Source: Candidatus Undinarchaeota archaeon (GTDB lineage: Archaea > SpSt-1190 > JASMDC01). From it: a stretch of DNA of 64,000 nt. Of the stretch, positions 38,917 through 49,502 are shown in pieces (position 1 is the stretch's first letter; every line of letters begins with the position of its first letter). The position numbers and the translations under genes are program-made. The notes under the pieces were generated by a model. That model worked only from the letters and a program-made list of their open reading frames with translations, was not told where the DNA came from and made no database searches. Location of the stretch: assembly GCA_964519305.1 (NCBI GenBank), contig CAZFHY010000011.1:70400-134399 (forward strand). Reading direction: 5' to 3'.

Positions 38917-39654
38917 GTGACCATGAGAATCCGAATGAAACGACTTGTGCGGTCCAAGCGTGGTGTGACACCCGTTATTGCCATTATTCTGTTGCTAATG
39001 ATGACAGTAGCAGCGGCAGGTGCGGCCTATCTTTGGATTACTAAGATACAGAAGACCATCACCACACAGGCTGAGAAGCAGATCATGACCAGTTTCCAGC
39101 AGGGAACACTGCAGGTCATCTCTGCCTATGCGTGTGAATCGAACTGCACGACCAACGGTGAAAGGGGCTGTGACGACAGGTCCAAGGTCAGTGGTGAAGT
39201 GTTCAAATACCATGGTAATGCCCCCGAGTCGACGTGGGGTGGAAACCTGACGGACGAGGGATGTTCGCTTGGAGGAGCATTGTGCTTCCTAGTGCGAAAC
39301 ACTGGAAATACTGTTGTGCGTATGAGCGATCTTGGTTCAGCCCAGGTCGTCTACGAGCTGCCCGAGGCGCCCGAGCTCGGTGAGCGCCCGCTGATGAGCA
39401 AGACAATCGGTGCGACCTTCAGCGGTGGCGGCACGGATGCGTGCTGCAAGTTCTCTGAGGTAGCTTCGGAAGGTAAGTGCGGAAACCAAAAATCCGTGGC
39501 CAGCAGAGAGACCTTCATCATCAGCTTCTTCGGAAAGTTCAAGACCTCGAATGGCGAGTCCCGAAGAATGTGGTACAGCGATGTGAAGGACCAGCGCATC
39601 ATCGTGAGCATGAACCTGCCCAGCGGGTTCAAGGTCTCACACCAGGTTGTGTAA
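38917..39654 (+). CDS. Type IV pilin-like / archaeal class III signal-peptide protein (DUF361-like), with a Cys-containing globular domain.
   Basis: 245 aa. N-terminal …RSKRGVTPVIAIILLLMMTVAAAGAAYLW with a KRG|VTPVIA prepilin-peptidase-type cleavage site. Confidence 0.6.
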   Translation: MTMRIRMKRLVRSKRGVTPVIAIILLLMMTVAAAGAAYLWITKIQKTITTQAEKQIMTSFQQGTLQVISAYACESNCTTNGERGCDDRSKVSGEVFKYHGNAPESTWGGNLTDEGCSLGGALCFLVRNTGNTVVRMSDLGSAQVVYELPEAPELGERPLMSKTIGATFSGGGTDACCKFSEVASEGKCGNQKSVASRETFIISFFGKFKTSNGESRRMWYSDVKDQRIIVSMNLPSGFKVSHQVV

Positions 39655-39778
39655 AAGCACAGAGATCGTGGACGGATAAAGAACTGGTGAGAGGGGCTCC
39701 GGTCATGGCCGGGGCCCTCATATTCTTCTTCTAGAGCCTGTGACAACCTATTTAAAGCTGCAGCGCTCCCTTCCCGCC

Positions 39779-40069
39779 ATGCTCCTAGCGCAGGTGGTGG
39801 GCAATGTCGTGTGTACGCGAAAGGACCCCCATCTCAAGGGTATAAAGCTCCTTGTGGTACAGCGCGTCAATGAGGCCGGAGAGGTCATTGGGCGTCACCA
39901 GGTCGCTGTCGATGCACTGGGCACGACCGGACCTGGCGAGTTGGTATATCTTGCCACAAAGAAGGAGGCAGCACACCCGTTCGAGGGCCACTTTCTCCCC
40001 GTGGACCTCGCGATAATTGGACATGTAGAGGGAGTGAACATACCCGATCCAACACTGGTCAGGGGTTGA
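39779..40069 (+). CDS. BMC-P vertex protein, paralog 3 (the frame is also open from the ATG at 39740).
   Basis: [30 protein letters not shown]… EutN/CcmL fold. Stop TGA 40067-40069 overlaps the DeoC start. Confidence 0.8.
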   Translation: MLLAQVVGNVVCTRKDPHLKGIKLLVVQRVNEAGEVIGRHQVAVDALGTTGPGELVYLATKKEAAHPFEGHFLPVDLAIIGHVEGVNIPDPTLVRG

Positions 40070-41487
40070 TGACAATGGTTCAGGATGCTGATATCGAATC
40101 GCTTGTTAAGAAGGTCACAGAGCAGGTAATGAAGCGAATGGAAGCGCCCAAGAAAGCGTGTCCAGAGTCTGTCGCTCCATCGAGTCCCTCTGGAGGGGTG
40201 CTCGTTGTACTTGCTGGGGAACGCGGTGATGTGGACGCTGTGCTCGACCAGGTGCGGTGCATCTGTGCAGAGGCCTCCGATGCAACCATCGTGCTAGCGA
40301 ACGGAGCGGAGGCGCTCTTTCCGAGTTCGAGGCTCTCTGTAGCAGCGCCCGGAGCGACAATCCTGACCGAGAGCGATTGCCCTGATGTGCTCAACCTTCT
40401 CAAGGGTGCATCTGTGGTATTTATCCCCCTTCTGGACCTTGCATCGGCCTCGAAGATCGCTGATACCGTTACAGACACACTACCTGTCAAGCTCGCAGTG
40501 TTCGCAGCTCTTCAGGGAAAGACTGTCGTAGCGGCGCGTGACGGTATCCCTTCTGCGTGTATCCCCTTGGAACAGGTACCCGATGGTGCCCGCAAACGCT
40601 TGGAAGGTATGCTCGGGGACCTAGAGGAGCTAGGACTCACTCTTGTAGATCTTGCCGATATCGCAGGAGGGAAGAAGGTATCCCTCGTGTGCGCACAGGG
40701 AAAGGGTGAGGAGTGCCTGGCATGCGGTCTTTGTGTCATCAACAATGCCGACAGTGTCCGGGGCATACTCGCTGCTGGCGCTGACCGCATCGGTGCAGCG
40801 GCGGGAACCCGGATCGAGGACAAGGAGATCGCTAATACTATCGACCACACGCTGCTCAAGCCCGACGCCACCACCGAACAGATACGCAAGTTGTGTGAGG
40901 AGGCCATCCAGTACGAGTTCGCCTCGGTGTGCGTCAATCCCGCAAACGTCAAGCAAGCCGCCGACTTGGTGAAGGGATCAAAAGTGAAGGTCACTACTGT
41001 CATAGGCTTCCCGTTGGGCGCCACAACACCCACGACCAAGTCCATCGAGACGCGTGACGCCATCGCAAATGGCGCAAATGAGATCGACATGGTCATCAAC
41101 GTAGGTGCGCTGAAATCCGGGGACGACGACCTCGTCCGTCGCGATATTGAAGCCGTTGTGGAAGCGGCCCAAGGTCAAGCGATCGTAAAGGTAATCCTTG
41201 AGACCGCGCTCCTGAACAAGGATGAGAAGGTCCGCGGCTGTCTCTTGGCCAAGATGGCCGGTGCCGACTTCGTCAAGACCTCTACAGGATTCGGGCCTTC
41301 GGGTGCCACTGTGGAGGACATCGCGCTCATGCGGGCAACCGTCGGCCCCGACATGGGAATAAAGGCATCAGGTGGAATCCGTGATACCGAGACCGCGAAG
41401 GCCATGATCGCAGCGGGAGCAACCCGCATAGGCGCATCCGCATCAGTCGCTATAACGAAAGGCGACGAGGGCGGTGAAGGTTACTAG
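40069..41487 (+). CDS. deoC: Deoxyribose-phosphate aldolase (DeoC) with a roughly 260-aa N-terminal extension: an encapsulation-peptide-like helix, a domain shared with the 32111..32839 protein, and a CxxCxxC motif.
   Basis: C-terminal DeoC core …[15 protein letters not shown]…VCVNP…[12 protein letters not shown]…VKVILET…VKTSTGFG…GIKASGGIR…. N-terminal [33 protein letters not shown] motif at about residue 225. Confidence 0.9.
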   Translation: MTMVQDADIESLVKKVTEQVMKRMEAPKKACPESVAPSSPSGGVLVVLAGERGDVDAVLDQVRCICAEASDATIVLANGAEALFPSSRLSVAAPGATILTESDCPDVLNLLKGASVVFIPLLDLASASKIADTVTDTLPVKLAVFAALQGKTVVAARDGIPSACIPLEQVPDGARKRLEGMLGDLEELGLTLVDLADIAGGKKVSLVCAQGKGEECLACGLCVINNADSVRGILAAGADRIGAAAGTRIEDKEIANTIDHTLLKPDATTEQIRKLCEEAIQYEFASVCVNPANVKQAADLVKGSKVKVTTVIGFPLGATTPTTKSIETRDAIANGANEIDMVINVGALKSGDDDLVRRDIEAVVEAAQGQAIVKVILETALLNKDEKVRGCLLAKMAGADFVKTSTGFGPSGATVEDIALMRATVGPDMGIKASGGIRDTETAKAMIAAGATRIGASASVAITKGDEGGEGY

Positions 41488-41493
41488 TAGCCA

Positions 41494-42171
41494 ATGGCCA
41501 ATCCCGACTGGTTGCGACAGCGTATCTGTGATATTGGCAGACGTATGTATGAACACCGATATGTGGTGGCGACATCAGGAAATATCTCTGCCAGATGCGG
41601 GGATGATTTGTTCATCACCACTCCTTCCGGAGTGTGCAAGGGTGAGATGTCGCCTGACCAGCTCGTGATCGTGGACGGTGCCGGCCAGCTCGTTCGTCAG
41701 GATTGTCTGTACAGGCAGTCTTCTGAGTTCAGGCTCCATTTGGCGGCGTACACCGTACGACCCGATGTGGCGGCGGTTGTCCACGCACACCCTCCGTTCT
41801 GTACTGCCTTCGCTACAGCGCGAATCCCATTGGACCGTGCAGTTCTGCCTGAGAGCGTGCTGACCGTGGGTGCTGTGCCCTTGGCATCCTATGCAACCCT
41901 CTCGACGTGGGAGGTACCGGAATCTGTGGCGCCGTTCCTTGCTGAGGCCAACGCGGTGCTCCTTGCCAATCACGGTGTCGTGACATTCGGTGGCGATCTC
42001 GAGGAGGCGTATCACCGACTGGAGGAGGTGGAGCATCTTGCCGAGACGGTGTACAGGGCCCGTCGTCTTGGTGGGGAAGTGGCCCTTACATCTGATGAGC
42101 TCGCGGCCCTGGATAACGTGCGGAGGAAGATGGGGCACCCGAAGGGTGCTCCCTGTCGACCGCTCGAGTGA
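41494..42171 (+). CDS. Class II aldolase/adducin-family protein (FucA/AraD/MtnB-like).
   Basis: 225 aa. ATSGNISAR…HLAAY…VVHAHPPFCTAFA… metal-binding His motifs. Confidence 0.85.
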   Translation: MANPDWLRQRICDIGRRMYEHRYVVATSGNISARCGDDLFITTPSGVCKGEMSPDQLVIVDGAGQLVRQDCLYRQSSEFRLHLAAYTVRPDVAAVVHAHPPFCTAFATARIPLDRAVLPESVLTVGAVPLASYATLSTWEVPESVAPFLAEANAVLLANHGVVTFGGDLEEAYHRLEEVEHLAETVYRARRLGGEVALTSDELAALDNVRRKMGHPKGAPCRPLE

Positions 42172-42173
42172 AG

Positions 42174-44954
42174 CTATTTTACCACGATTGCGGGCTTCCC
42201 GGGTAATGCCCGGGTGGACTTAGCGTCCTTCGAGAGGGTCTCGCGAACGACCTCCACAGTGCATCCGAAACGCTTTGACACCATAGGGGCAACCAGTTCC
42301 AGAGCCTTGGCTTCGTTGTCCTCAGATAGCACGAGAGCCGGTACCCACGAGGGATTCTTCAGGAGGCGTGGGATGAGCTGCGAGATCTGCTTACCGTACC
42401 GACGGAGCGTGTCAACTTCCATGACGGCCTTTATGAGCGTACCCTGATCGCGTTCATCACCAGATACTTCCGAGTACCGTCGCATGAAGTCATACTTCCA
42501 GTCGGCAGCTCCGATGAGCGTGATAGCATCGTGCTTGTTGCTGCCCAGAATGCCCTGGATCTCAACTACATCGTCGCAGATCGCGCTGTAGAGGCCCCAC
42601 TGGTACTCGGCCTCTGGTGTGAGCACATTTGGATCGTACTCAGGCCACTGTGCCAGCGAGATGAATCCCTCCCTACCGTGGTGCGCCCACACTTCCTCAG
42701 CGATGTGTGGTGTGATGGGGGCCACGAGCAGTGCGAGGTTCCGCACACATTCCTCGTATATCTTACGGTTGACACTCCCCAGCTTGTACCGGCTGAGCTC
42801 CTTGGAGAATGCCATCACATCATGGATCGCCCAGCGGAACAGTAACTGTTCGTAGTTACGGGTAGCATCGCGGATGGTGCGGTGGAGCAGGAAGAGCATG
42901 TGCTCGTCCGTTGATGTGATGTCCTCACGCACGTCAGAGGGGTGCTCACCAAGTGTGTGGTGGAGCCTATAGAGGAATTTGCTCGCGTTCTCCAGTCCCT
43001 GGTCTGCCCACTCGAACTCCTTCTCGGGATTCGAACCGAAGAGGATGAACAGACGCGAGGCGTCGGCCCCCGCCCGCTCGATGAGTTCCATGACGTTGAC
43101 GGTGTTCCCTAGGCTCTTGGACATCTTTGCAGAGCGCATGACGTAGGGATTCCCGCACTCGACACATTTCCCCTCTTCGTGCCTGCCGGGTTGGAGGAGG
43201 ACATCGCACATCTCACAGAACGGTGCTTCCTTGTTCACCATGCCCTGACACAGGAGGGCCGAGAAGGGCTCGTCGATACGATGGAGCCCCATGTCCCGGA
43301 GCGCCTTCATGAAGAAACGGGCGTAAAGCAGGTGCAACACTGCGTGCTCGATCCCGCCAATGTACTGGTCCACGGCCATCCAGTACTGGGCCGCGTCCCG
43401 AGAGAAGGGAGTATCGTTCTCTTGAGGGGAGCAGTACCTCAGGAAGTACCAGGACGAGTCCACGAAGGTGTCCATCGTGTCCGTCTCGCGTCGAGCGGGC
43501 TTACCGCACGTGGGGCAAGTCGTGTTCACGAAATCCTTGGAGGTTTCCAGGGGATTCCCGCTCCCGCTGAACGTGACGTCCTTTGGGAGCACAACAGGCA
43601 GCTGGTCCTCGGGCACGGGGACGATGCCGCACTGGTCGCAATAGATAATCGGGATCGGAGTGCCCCAGTATCGCTGACGGGAGATTAACCAGTCACGAAG
43701 CCGGTAGTTCACCGTAGGGCCGCCCTTGCCCATCTCCTTGAGCTTCTGGCCGATGGCGTCTATGGCCTCTCGGTTCTCCCAGTCGTCGAACTCGGCCGAG
43801 TTGACCAGTTCGCCATCCTCGATGTATGCGCGGTGCATCTTGTCCGCTTCAAGCTTGTAGCCCCGGGGCTGGATGACCACGGTGATCGGGATGTCGAACT
43901 TCTTGGCGAACTCGAAGTCGCGCTGGTCATGAGCTGGGACTGCCATTACGGCTCCAGCACCATATTCATAGATGACGAAATTCCCAACATAGATCGGGAT
44001 CTCCGTACCGAGGATGGGGTGTATGGCGTGCTTTCCGATGAACATGCCCTTCTTCTCATGCTCCGCGTCGGTCCGCTCGAACTTATCCTCCAGTTGCACT
44101 TCGGCAAGGAAGGCGTTGAACTTATCCTCGTACTCGGTGCCTTTCACCCATGCGCGCACCCAGGGGTGCTCGGGAGCGAACACCATGAAGGTAACGCCGT
44201 AGAGCGTGTCGGCGCGGGTCGTGAAGATGGGTACGGTCTCGCCTGTACCTTTGACCTCGAAATCGATGATAGTACCCTCGCTACGCCCGATCCAGTTGCG
44301 CTGCATGATCTTGACGCGCTCTGGCCAATCAAGGCCCTCTAGACCGGACAGCAGCTCTTCTGCATAATCGGTGATCTTGAAATACCACTGGGTGAGGTCC
44401 TTATACTCCACAGTGGAGGAGCAGCGCCAGCACTTGCCGTTTATGTTCTGCTCGTTGGCCAATACGGTGGCGCACGACGGGCACCAGTTCACGATGGCCC
44501 CGCGTCGGTCCACCAGGCCTTTCTCCATGAGCTTGATGAATATCCATTGGTTCCATCGGTAATAGTCCTCAGTGCAACTCTGGATCTGACGGTCCCAGTC
44601 GTAGCTGAGCCCCATGCGCTTCTGTTGGACCTTTATTGCGTTGATGTTTTCCCAGGTCCAAGTCTCAGGATCTGCGCCGTGCTTGATGGCAGCGTTCTCC
44701 GCGGGCAGGCCGAACGCATCGTATCCCATGGGGTAGAGCACGTTACATCCCCGCATGCGCTTGAAGCGTGCGAGCGTGTCGCCAAGAGCGTAGTTACGCA
44801 GGTGACCTGCGTGGAGGGTCGCTGAGGGATAGGGATACATCTCGAGGCAGTAGAACTTCTTCTTGGTGGGATCCTCAGAGACCTTGAAGATGCCGGCCTC
44901 CTCCCAACGCTTCTGCCATGTCTGTTCAATCCGAGTGTGGTCGTAACCGCTCAC
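42174..44954 (-). CDS. leuS: Leucyl-tRNA synthetase (archaeal type).
   Basis: 926 aa. HAGHLRNY (HIGH) and KMSKSLGN motifs. Archaeal-type editing-domain arrangement. Confidence 0.95.
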   Translation of the reverse strand: MSGYDHTRIEQTWQKRWEEAGIFKVSEDPTKKKFYCLEMYPYPSATLHAGHLRNYALGDTLARFKRMRGCNVLYPMGYDAFGLPAENAAIKHGADPETWTWENINAIKVQQKRMGLSYDWDRQIQSCTEDYYRWNQWIFIKLMEKGLVDRRGAIVNWCPSCATVLANEQNINGKCWRCSSTVEYKDLTQWYFKITDYAEELLSGLEGLDWPERVKIMQRNWIGRSEGTIIDFEVKGTGETVPIFTTRADTLYGVTFMVFAPEHPWVRAWVKGTEYEDKFNAFLAEVQLEDKFERTDAEHEKKGMFIGKHAIHPILGTEIPIYVGNFVIYEYGAGAVMAVPAHDQRDFEFAKKFDIPITVVIQPRGYKLEADKMHRAYIEDGELVNSAEFDDWENREAIDAIGQKLKEMGKGGPTVNYRLRDWLISRQRYWGTPIPIIYCDQCGIVPVPEDQLPVVLPKDVTFSGSGNPLETSKDFVNTTCPTCGKPARRETDTMDTFVDSSWYFLRYCSPQENDTPFSRDAAQYWMAVDQYIGGIEHAVLHLLYARFFMKALRDMGLHRIDEPFSALLCQGMVNKEAPFCEMCDVLLQPGRHEEGKCVECGNPYVMRSAKMSKSLGNTVNVMELIERAGADASRLFILFGSNPEKEFEWADQGLENASKFLYRLHHTLGEHPSDVREDITSTDEHMLFLLHRTIRDATRNYEQLLFRWAIHDVMAFSKELSRYKLGSVNRKIYEECVRNLALLVAPITPHIAEEVWAHHGREGFISLAQWPEYDPNVLTPEAEYQWGLYSAICDDVVEIQGILGSNKHDAITLIGAADWKYDFMRRYSEVSGDERDQGTLIKAVMEVDTLRRYGKQISQLIPRLLKNPSWVPALVLSEDNEAKALELVAPMVSKRFGCTVEVVRETLSKDAKSTRALPGKPAIVVK

Positions 44955-47020
44955 TGGCTATTCCCTCCGTTTTCTCCGTTCCGTTCCCGGGAAGGGCATT
45001 CCATGTTCAGGCACATCCTCCACGGCCGCCTGCCGCCACCCTTAACCGTGATCCGGGGGTGATTGCATGTCGGACAGGGTTTCTTGCTACCTATGATGTT
45101 CCCGCGCTGGGGGAGGGGGTAAGAGTTGGAACACGTGGGGTAGTTGGAACATCCTGCGAAGCGCTTACCGCTCTTCTTGCTCCGGATGATGCGGACGTCA
45201 CCGTTACCGCATACCGGACAGGGACCTATGACCAGGGCTGCTCGGTTGGTGGCCCTGATAGCATCAGCAAGTTCTTTGCCGATCTTTTCCTCGTTGGACT
45301 TGAACTCCGTTAGGATATCCTCTAGCTTGGTCTGAAGTCGCTCTAGCACCTCTTTCCGGTCGGTCTTCTGCTCCCGGATGCGGGCCATGTCATTCTCGAA
45401 CTGGCGTGTGAGCTCGACATCGAGGATTCGCGGGCTGTACTTGGTAAGGATGGAGTAGACCTGAAGGCCTAGCTCAGTGACCTCGAGCACGTCCCCGGTC
45501 AGGTACCCGCGCGTTGAAAGAGTGTCCACCGTGGCTGCTCTGGTCGCCTTTGTGCCGATGTTCTCCTTCTCCATCCGCTTGACGAGTGACGCGGGCGAAA
45601 AGCGTCGGGGGGGCTGAGTCTCCTTCGAAAGAAGGTCGATACTCTTCACACCGACCTCCTGCCCCTTGAACATGTCCGGGAGGAGCACCTCTTCGAACTT
45701 GGCAAAAGGCCCGTAGAGTGTGTGCCAGTTAGGCTCCACTGTGCGCTTCCCCTCTGCGATGAAGTCTTCCTCACCCACGCGGATTGTGACCTTCAGGCTC
45801 TCTCGAACGGCGGGTTCCCCAAAGACTGCAAGGAACCGGCGGGCGATGAGGTCGAAGAGCTTGCGCTCCTGATCGGTAAGCATCTTGGGCTTCTCACCCG
45901 TGGGGTAGATGGCAGGGTGAGCGGGATCCTCTTTCTTCCCTTCTTTGGGGACGAGCTTCTTCATGCCCAATAGGATCTCGACCTCTTTGGGGAACAGGGA
46001 GGCAAGTCCCTTGAGGATCTCTTTGAATCCGATGCGTTCTGGGAGCTTCTGGCTCGATGTGCGGGGGTACGATATGAGACCTGACTCATAGAGCGTCTGA
46101 GCAAGCTCCTGAGTGCGTGTGGGGGCGAAGCTGAACTGCTTGTACGCCTCTGATTGTAGTGATGTGAGGTCGAAGGGCGGTGGTACGGCCTGCTTGAACT
46201 TCTTCCGGGATACATCCTGTACGATACCGGGATCGGCCTGGGCACGTGAATGAGCATCCTTGGCCTCATCCTCCTTCCAGAACTTGTCGGCGACGTGGAG
46301 TGCCATGATCTCAGTACCTTCCACCATGGCATTGAGCTCAAGCTGCCAGAACGGCGTTGGTTCGAATGCCCTGATTTCGAGCTCGCGCTCGCAGAGGATG
46401 GCGAGCGTGGGGCCTTGGACGCGGCCTGTGCTCATGACCTTGAACATTCCGACAGCGTTCTTGATGGCCAGTGTAAGGGCCCGTGATAGGTTGATTCCGA
46501 AGAACCAGTCGGCCACATGACGGGTGAGCCCCGCTTCCACCATTCCCCAATCGAGAGAAGGATTTGCCTTATCGAAAGCCTCTTCAAGTTCGTGTTTGGT
46601 AAGTGTGGAGAAGTGCATCCGGGCGCCGTCCTTCTTTTTACAGGCGAACCTCAGCACATTGAATCCGATGACGCTTCCCTCTATGTCGAAGTCGCAGGCC
46701 ACTACGAAGTGCTCGGCACCCTTGGCTGCCGTCTTGAGGGCTGTAAGGTACTTCTTCGTGTAGGCTCCATCCTTGCGAACCTCGTGCGCAGGTGCCCAGT
46801 CCACGTTGAACACCGGGTACACCCAGCCCTTCTTGTCATTCTGACGGAGAGAGTAGATGTGGCCTACGGCGGCAGCAACGACGATCTTCTGACCTTTTCG
46901 AGTGAGTGTATACGATGAGACACCCTTACTTCCTTTCTTGGTCACCTCCCCGTCGGCCAAGGCCGCGGCAATTCGGGCAGCCGCCCGTGGTTTCTCCGCG
47001 ATGATAAGGGTGTGACCCAT
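44951..47020 (-). CDS. topA: DNA topoisomerase I (type IA, archaeal form with C-terminal zinc ribbons).
   Basis: 689 aa. Toprim N-terminus TLIIAEKP…DFDIEGS. C-terminal CPVCG…CSNYPTC…CPTC Zn ribbons. Confidence 0.9.
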   Translation of the reverse strand: MGHTLIIAEKPRAAARIAAALADGEVTKKGSKGVSSYTLTRKGQKIVVAAAVGHIYSLRQNDKKGWVYPVFNVDWAPAHEVRKDGAYTKKYLTALKTAAKGAEHFVVACDFDIEGSVIGFNVLRFACKKKDGARMHFSTLTKHELEEAFDKANPSLDWGMVEAGLTRHVADWFFGINLSRALTLAIKNAVGMFKVMSTGRVQGPTLAILCERELEIRAFEPTPFWQLELNAMVEGTEIMALHVADKFWKEDEAKDAHSRAQADPGIVQDVSRKKFKQAVPPPFDLTSLQSEAYKQFSFAPTRTQELAQTLYESGLISYPRTSSQKLPERIGFKEILKGLASLFPKEVEILLGMKKLVPKEGKKEDPAHPAIYPTGEKPKMLTDQERKLFDLIARRFLAVFGEPAVRESLKVTIRVGEEDFIAEGKRTVEPNWHTLYGPFAKFEEVLLPDMFKGQEVGVKSIDLLSKETQPPRRFSPASLVKRMEKENIGTKATRAATVDTLSTRGYLTGDVLEVTELGLQVYSILTKYSPRILDVELTRQFENDMARIREQKTDRKEVLERLQTKLEDILTEFKSNEEKIGKELADAIRATNRAALVIGPCPVCGNGDVRIIRSKKSGKRFAGCSNYPTCSNSYPLPQRGNIIGSKKPCPTCNHPRITVKGGGRRPWRMCLNMECPSRERNGENGGNSQ

Positions 47021-47130
47021 TGCGGAAGGACGGACGCGAGCCCGGTTTTATAAGTTTTCGGGGAATGCTTGACAGTGACACCCTCGGTTCTTCACCAAGG
47101 TTTTTAAGCCGCTTTCATTCTTTCGCATCC

Positions 47131-48915
47131 ATGGGCAAGGCCAAGATTGAGGCTAAGGATGGTGCAAAGATTCTCCTTATGGGGAACGAGGCGGTGGCTC
47201 GTGGTGCGCTTGAGGCCGGAGTGACCGTTGCCTCGGGTTATCCGGGGACCCCGTCCAGCGAGATTATCGAGACCTTGGCACCTGTCGCCACTGCCCGCGA
47301 TATCCATGTGGAGTGGTCCATCAATGAGAAGGTAGCCCTCGAAGTGGGAGCAGGTGCTTCTTACGCGGGCGCCAGGGTACTTGTCACTATGAAGCATGTA
47401 GGGCTCAACGTCGCAGCGGACCCTTTCATGTCCCTGACAAACACCGGCACCGTGGGCGGCCTTGTGATTGCTGTAGGTGATGATCCAGGGATGCATTCAT
47501 CGCAGAACGAGCAGGACTCACGGATGTATGTGAAGGGCGCAAAAACCCTCGCACTCATACCCGCCGACCCGCAGGAGGCCAAGGATTTCCTCGTGGCCGG
47601 TTTCGAGTTCTCTGAGAGGTTCGAGGTCCCCGTCATTCTTCGACTCACGACCCGCGTGTGCCATACTCGTGGTCCGGTGACCTTCGGACCGGACCCTCGC
47701 CCGGAGCGTAAGGGTTCGTTCACAAAGGATCCGGGACGGTTCATAATGATCCCGGGTAACGCTCGCAGGCGTTATCGCCAGCTCTTGGATCGGCAGCCTG
47801 ACATAATGACGGCAATCGAGGCCTTCCCTCATAACCGTCTGGATGGCGAGGGGGATATCGGTGTCATCGCTACAGGGCCAGCCGCTAGATGTGCAAAAGA
47901 GGCCGTGGCCCGGGCCGGGCTGAATGCAGTAATCCTCACAGTGGCTACCTATCCGCCCCCGTTAGCCCTCATCAAGGAGCTCGATAATCGAGTAGAGCGC
48001 ATCTATGTTTTCGAGGACGGAGATCCCTTCCTAGAGGAGGATGCCCTTCGCGTTTGCACCCATGAGGTGTGTGGGAAGCTCTCCGGTCACGTGAAACAGG
48101 ATGGGGAGATGACCGTTGATCGGGCTATGACCGCCTTGGGACAGGAGCAGAGCGCCCCTGTCGCGGAGACGGTCCCTCCACGCCCCCCCGTACTCTGCCC
48201 TGGTTGCTCCCATCGAGCAGCTTACTATGCCATGAAAAGGGCAAAGTGCAAGGTTGTGGCGGGCGATATCGGTTGCTATACTCTGGGGCTCGCACCCCCC
48301 CTGAAAGGGATCGATACCTGTCTCGACATGGGGGCCAGCATAGGGAAAGCGGCTGGTATGGACTTTGCCGGTCTTGATGAACGTCCCTCAGCGGTCATAG
48401 GCGATTCAACCTTCTTTCACTCAGGCATCACAGGCATCATTAATGCTGTATACAACAAGGCCCGTATCACGGTTGTCATCCTTGACAACCGCATCACTGC
48501 GATGACCGGTCACCAGGAACATCCCGGAACGGGACGGCTCGTCACCGGCGAACCTGCGCCCGCGGTCGATATGGAGGCATTGGTACGCGCCTGTGGTGTC
48601 GAGTTCGTACGAATCACGGACCCTCTGGACCTTCCTGCCACTATCGCTGTACTCAAGGAGGCGAATGCCCACAATGGCGTGTCCGTGGTAATTGTCCGCA
48701 GCCCATGTGTGTTCAAGGCCGAACGCAAGAAGTTCGTCCCGGCCGTGGACGGTTGCGAAGATTGTCAGGTCTGTATCAATACATTCGGATGCCCTGCCAT
48801 CGTCCGTGTCGAAGGCGGTGTCGCTATCGACAAGGCATTGTGCACGTCCTGCGGAGTATGCGCACAAGTATGCCCGCATGGGGCGTTCGTTCTACCGGGG
48901 GGTGAGGACGAGTGA
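47131..48915 (+). CDS. iorA: Indolepyruvate:ferredoxin oxidoreductase alpha subunit.
   Basis: About 594 aa from the ATG at 47131 (the frame is open from 47020). TPP-binding and C-terminal 2x[4Fe-4S] motifs (CEDCQVCINTFGCPA…CTSCGVCAQVCP). Confidence 0.85.
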   Translation: MGKAKIEAKDGAKILLMGNEAVARGALEAGVTVASGYPGTPSSEIIETLAPVATARDIHVEWSINEKVALEVGAGASYAGARVLVTMKHVGLNVAADPFMSLTNTGTVGGLVIAVGDDPGMHSSQNEQDSRMYVKGAKTLALIPADPQEAKDFLVAGFEFSERFEVPVILRLTTRVCHTRGPVTFGPDPRPERKGSFTKDPGRFIMIPGNARRRYRQLLDRQPDIMTAIEAFPHNRLDGEGDIGVIATGPAARCAKEAVARAGLNAVILTVATYPPPLALIKELDNRVERIYVFEDGDPFLEEDALRVCTHEVCGKLSGHVKQDGEMTVDRAMTALGQEQSAPVAETVPPRPPVLCPGCSHRAAYYAMKRAKCKVVAGDIGCYTLGLAPPLKGIDTCLDMGASIGKAAGMDFAGLDERPSAVIGDSTFFHSGITGIINAVYNKARITVVILDNRITAMTGHQEHPGTGRLVTGEPAPAVDMEALVRACGVEFVRITDPLDLPATIAVLKEANAHNGVSVVIVRSPCVFKAERKKFVPAVDGCEDCQVCINTFGCPAIVRVEGGVAIDKALCTSCGVCAQVCPHGAFVLPGGEDE

Positions 48916-49502
48916 ATATCAATATCTGTGGTGTCGGTGGCCAGGGTGTGCTGTTCGCCTCAAAGACATTAGCTAACGCTTTCCTTCTGGAGGACAGACC
49001 TGTAATTTGTGCTGAGACCCACGGCATGTCCCAGCGTGGGGGTTTCCTCCTGACACACCTCCGAACGGACGGGGATGCGGTCGCCCCTCTCATACCCGAC
49101 AAGGCCTGCGACCTCATGGTCTCCTTTGAGCTACTTGAGCCCATGCGTCAGACAGGACTTCTTTCCAATGAGAGCCGTGTGGTCGTGAACGACCTTCGGA
49201 TCGTTCCATTGCCCGTGACTCTCGGACTTGCCGAGTACCCTCCTCGGGAGGAGATCCTCAAGTGCTTGGGACGCTACACTGAACATCTGGAAGTTGTGGA
49301 TTTTACCGCTGCCGCCCTCCGGTTGGGCGGTCCGATCCTCGCCAACGTCGTGGCCTTGGGTTATCTCGCAGATGGGCTCCCCCTGGAGACGAAAAGCATT
49401 AAAAAGAGCATAACTGAAGGCTCACCCGAGCGGTTCGCCGCTACAAACACCGCAGCCTTCAAGCTAGGGATGGAGATACGTCGTGGAACTGCCGAACCTT
49501 AG
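48912..49502 (+). CDS. iorB: Indolepyruvate:ferredoxin oxidoreductase beta subunit.
   Basis: 196 aa. NINICGVGGQGVLFASKTLANA. Overlaps the iorA stop. Confidence 0.85.
   Translation: MNINICGVGGQGVLFASKTLANAFLLEDRPVICAETHGMSQRGGFLLTHLRTDGDAVAPLIPDKACDLMVSFELLEPMRQTGLLSNESRVVVNDLRIVPLPVTLGLAEYPPREEILKCLGRYTEHLEVVDFTAAALRLGGPILANVVALGYLADGLPLETKSIKKSITEGSPERFAATNTAAFKLGMEIRRGTAEP

Noticed and set aside
40512-41099. 195-aa minus-strand ORF inside deoC.
   Set aside because: Antisense to DeoC. Low-complexity.
30409-42171. Possibility that the whole window is a bacterial contig, which would make the BMC ordinary.
   Set aside because: Multiple archaeal/eukaryal-only markers are present on the same contiguous sequence on both sides of the locus (L15e, L35Ae, class I LysRS, archaeal Cca, TFE-alpha, PDCD5-like, UPF0148/0201, PAC2). 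GC content is uniform across the junctions.
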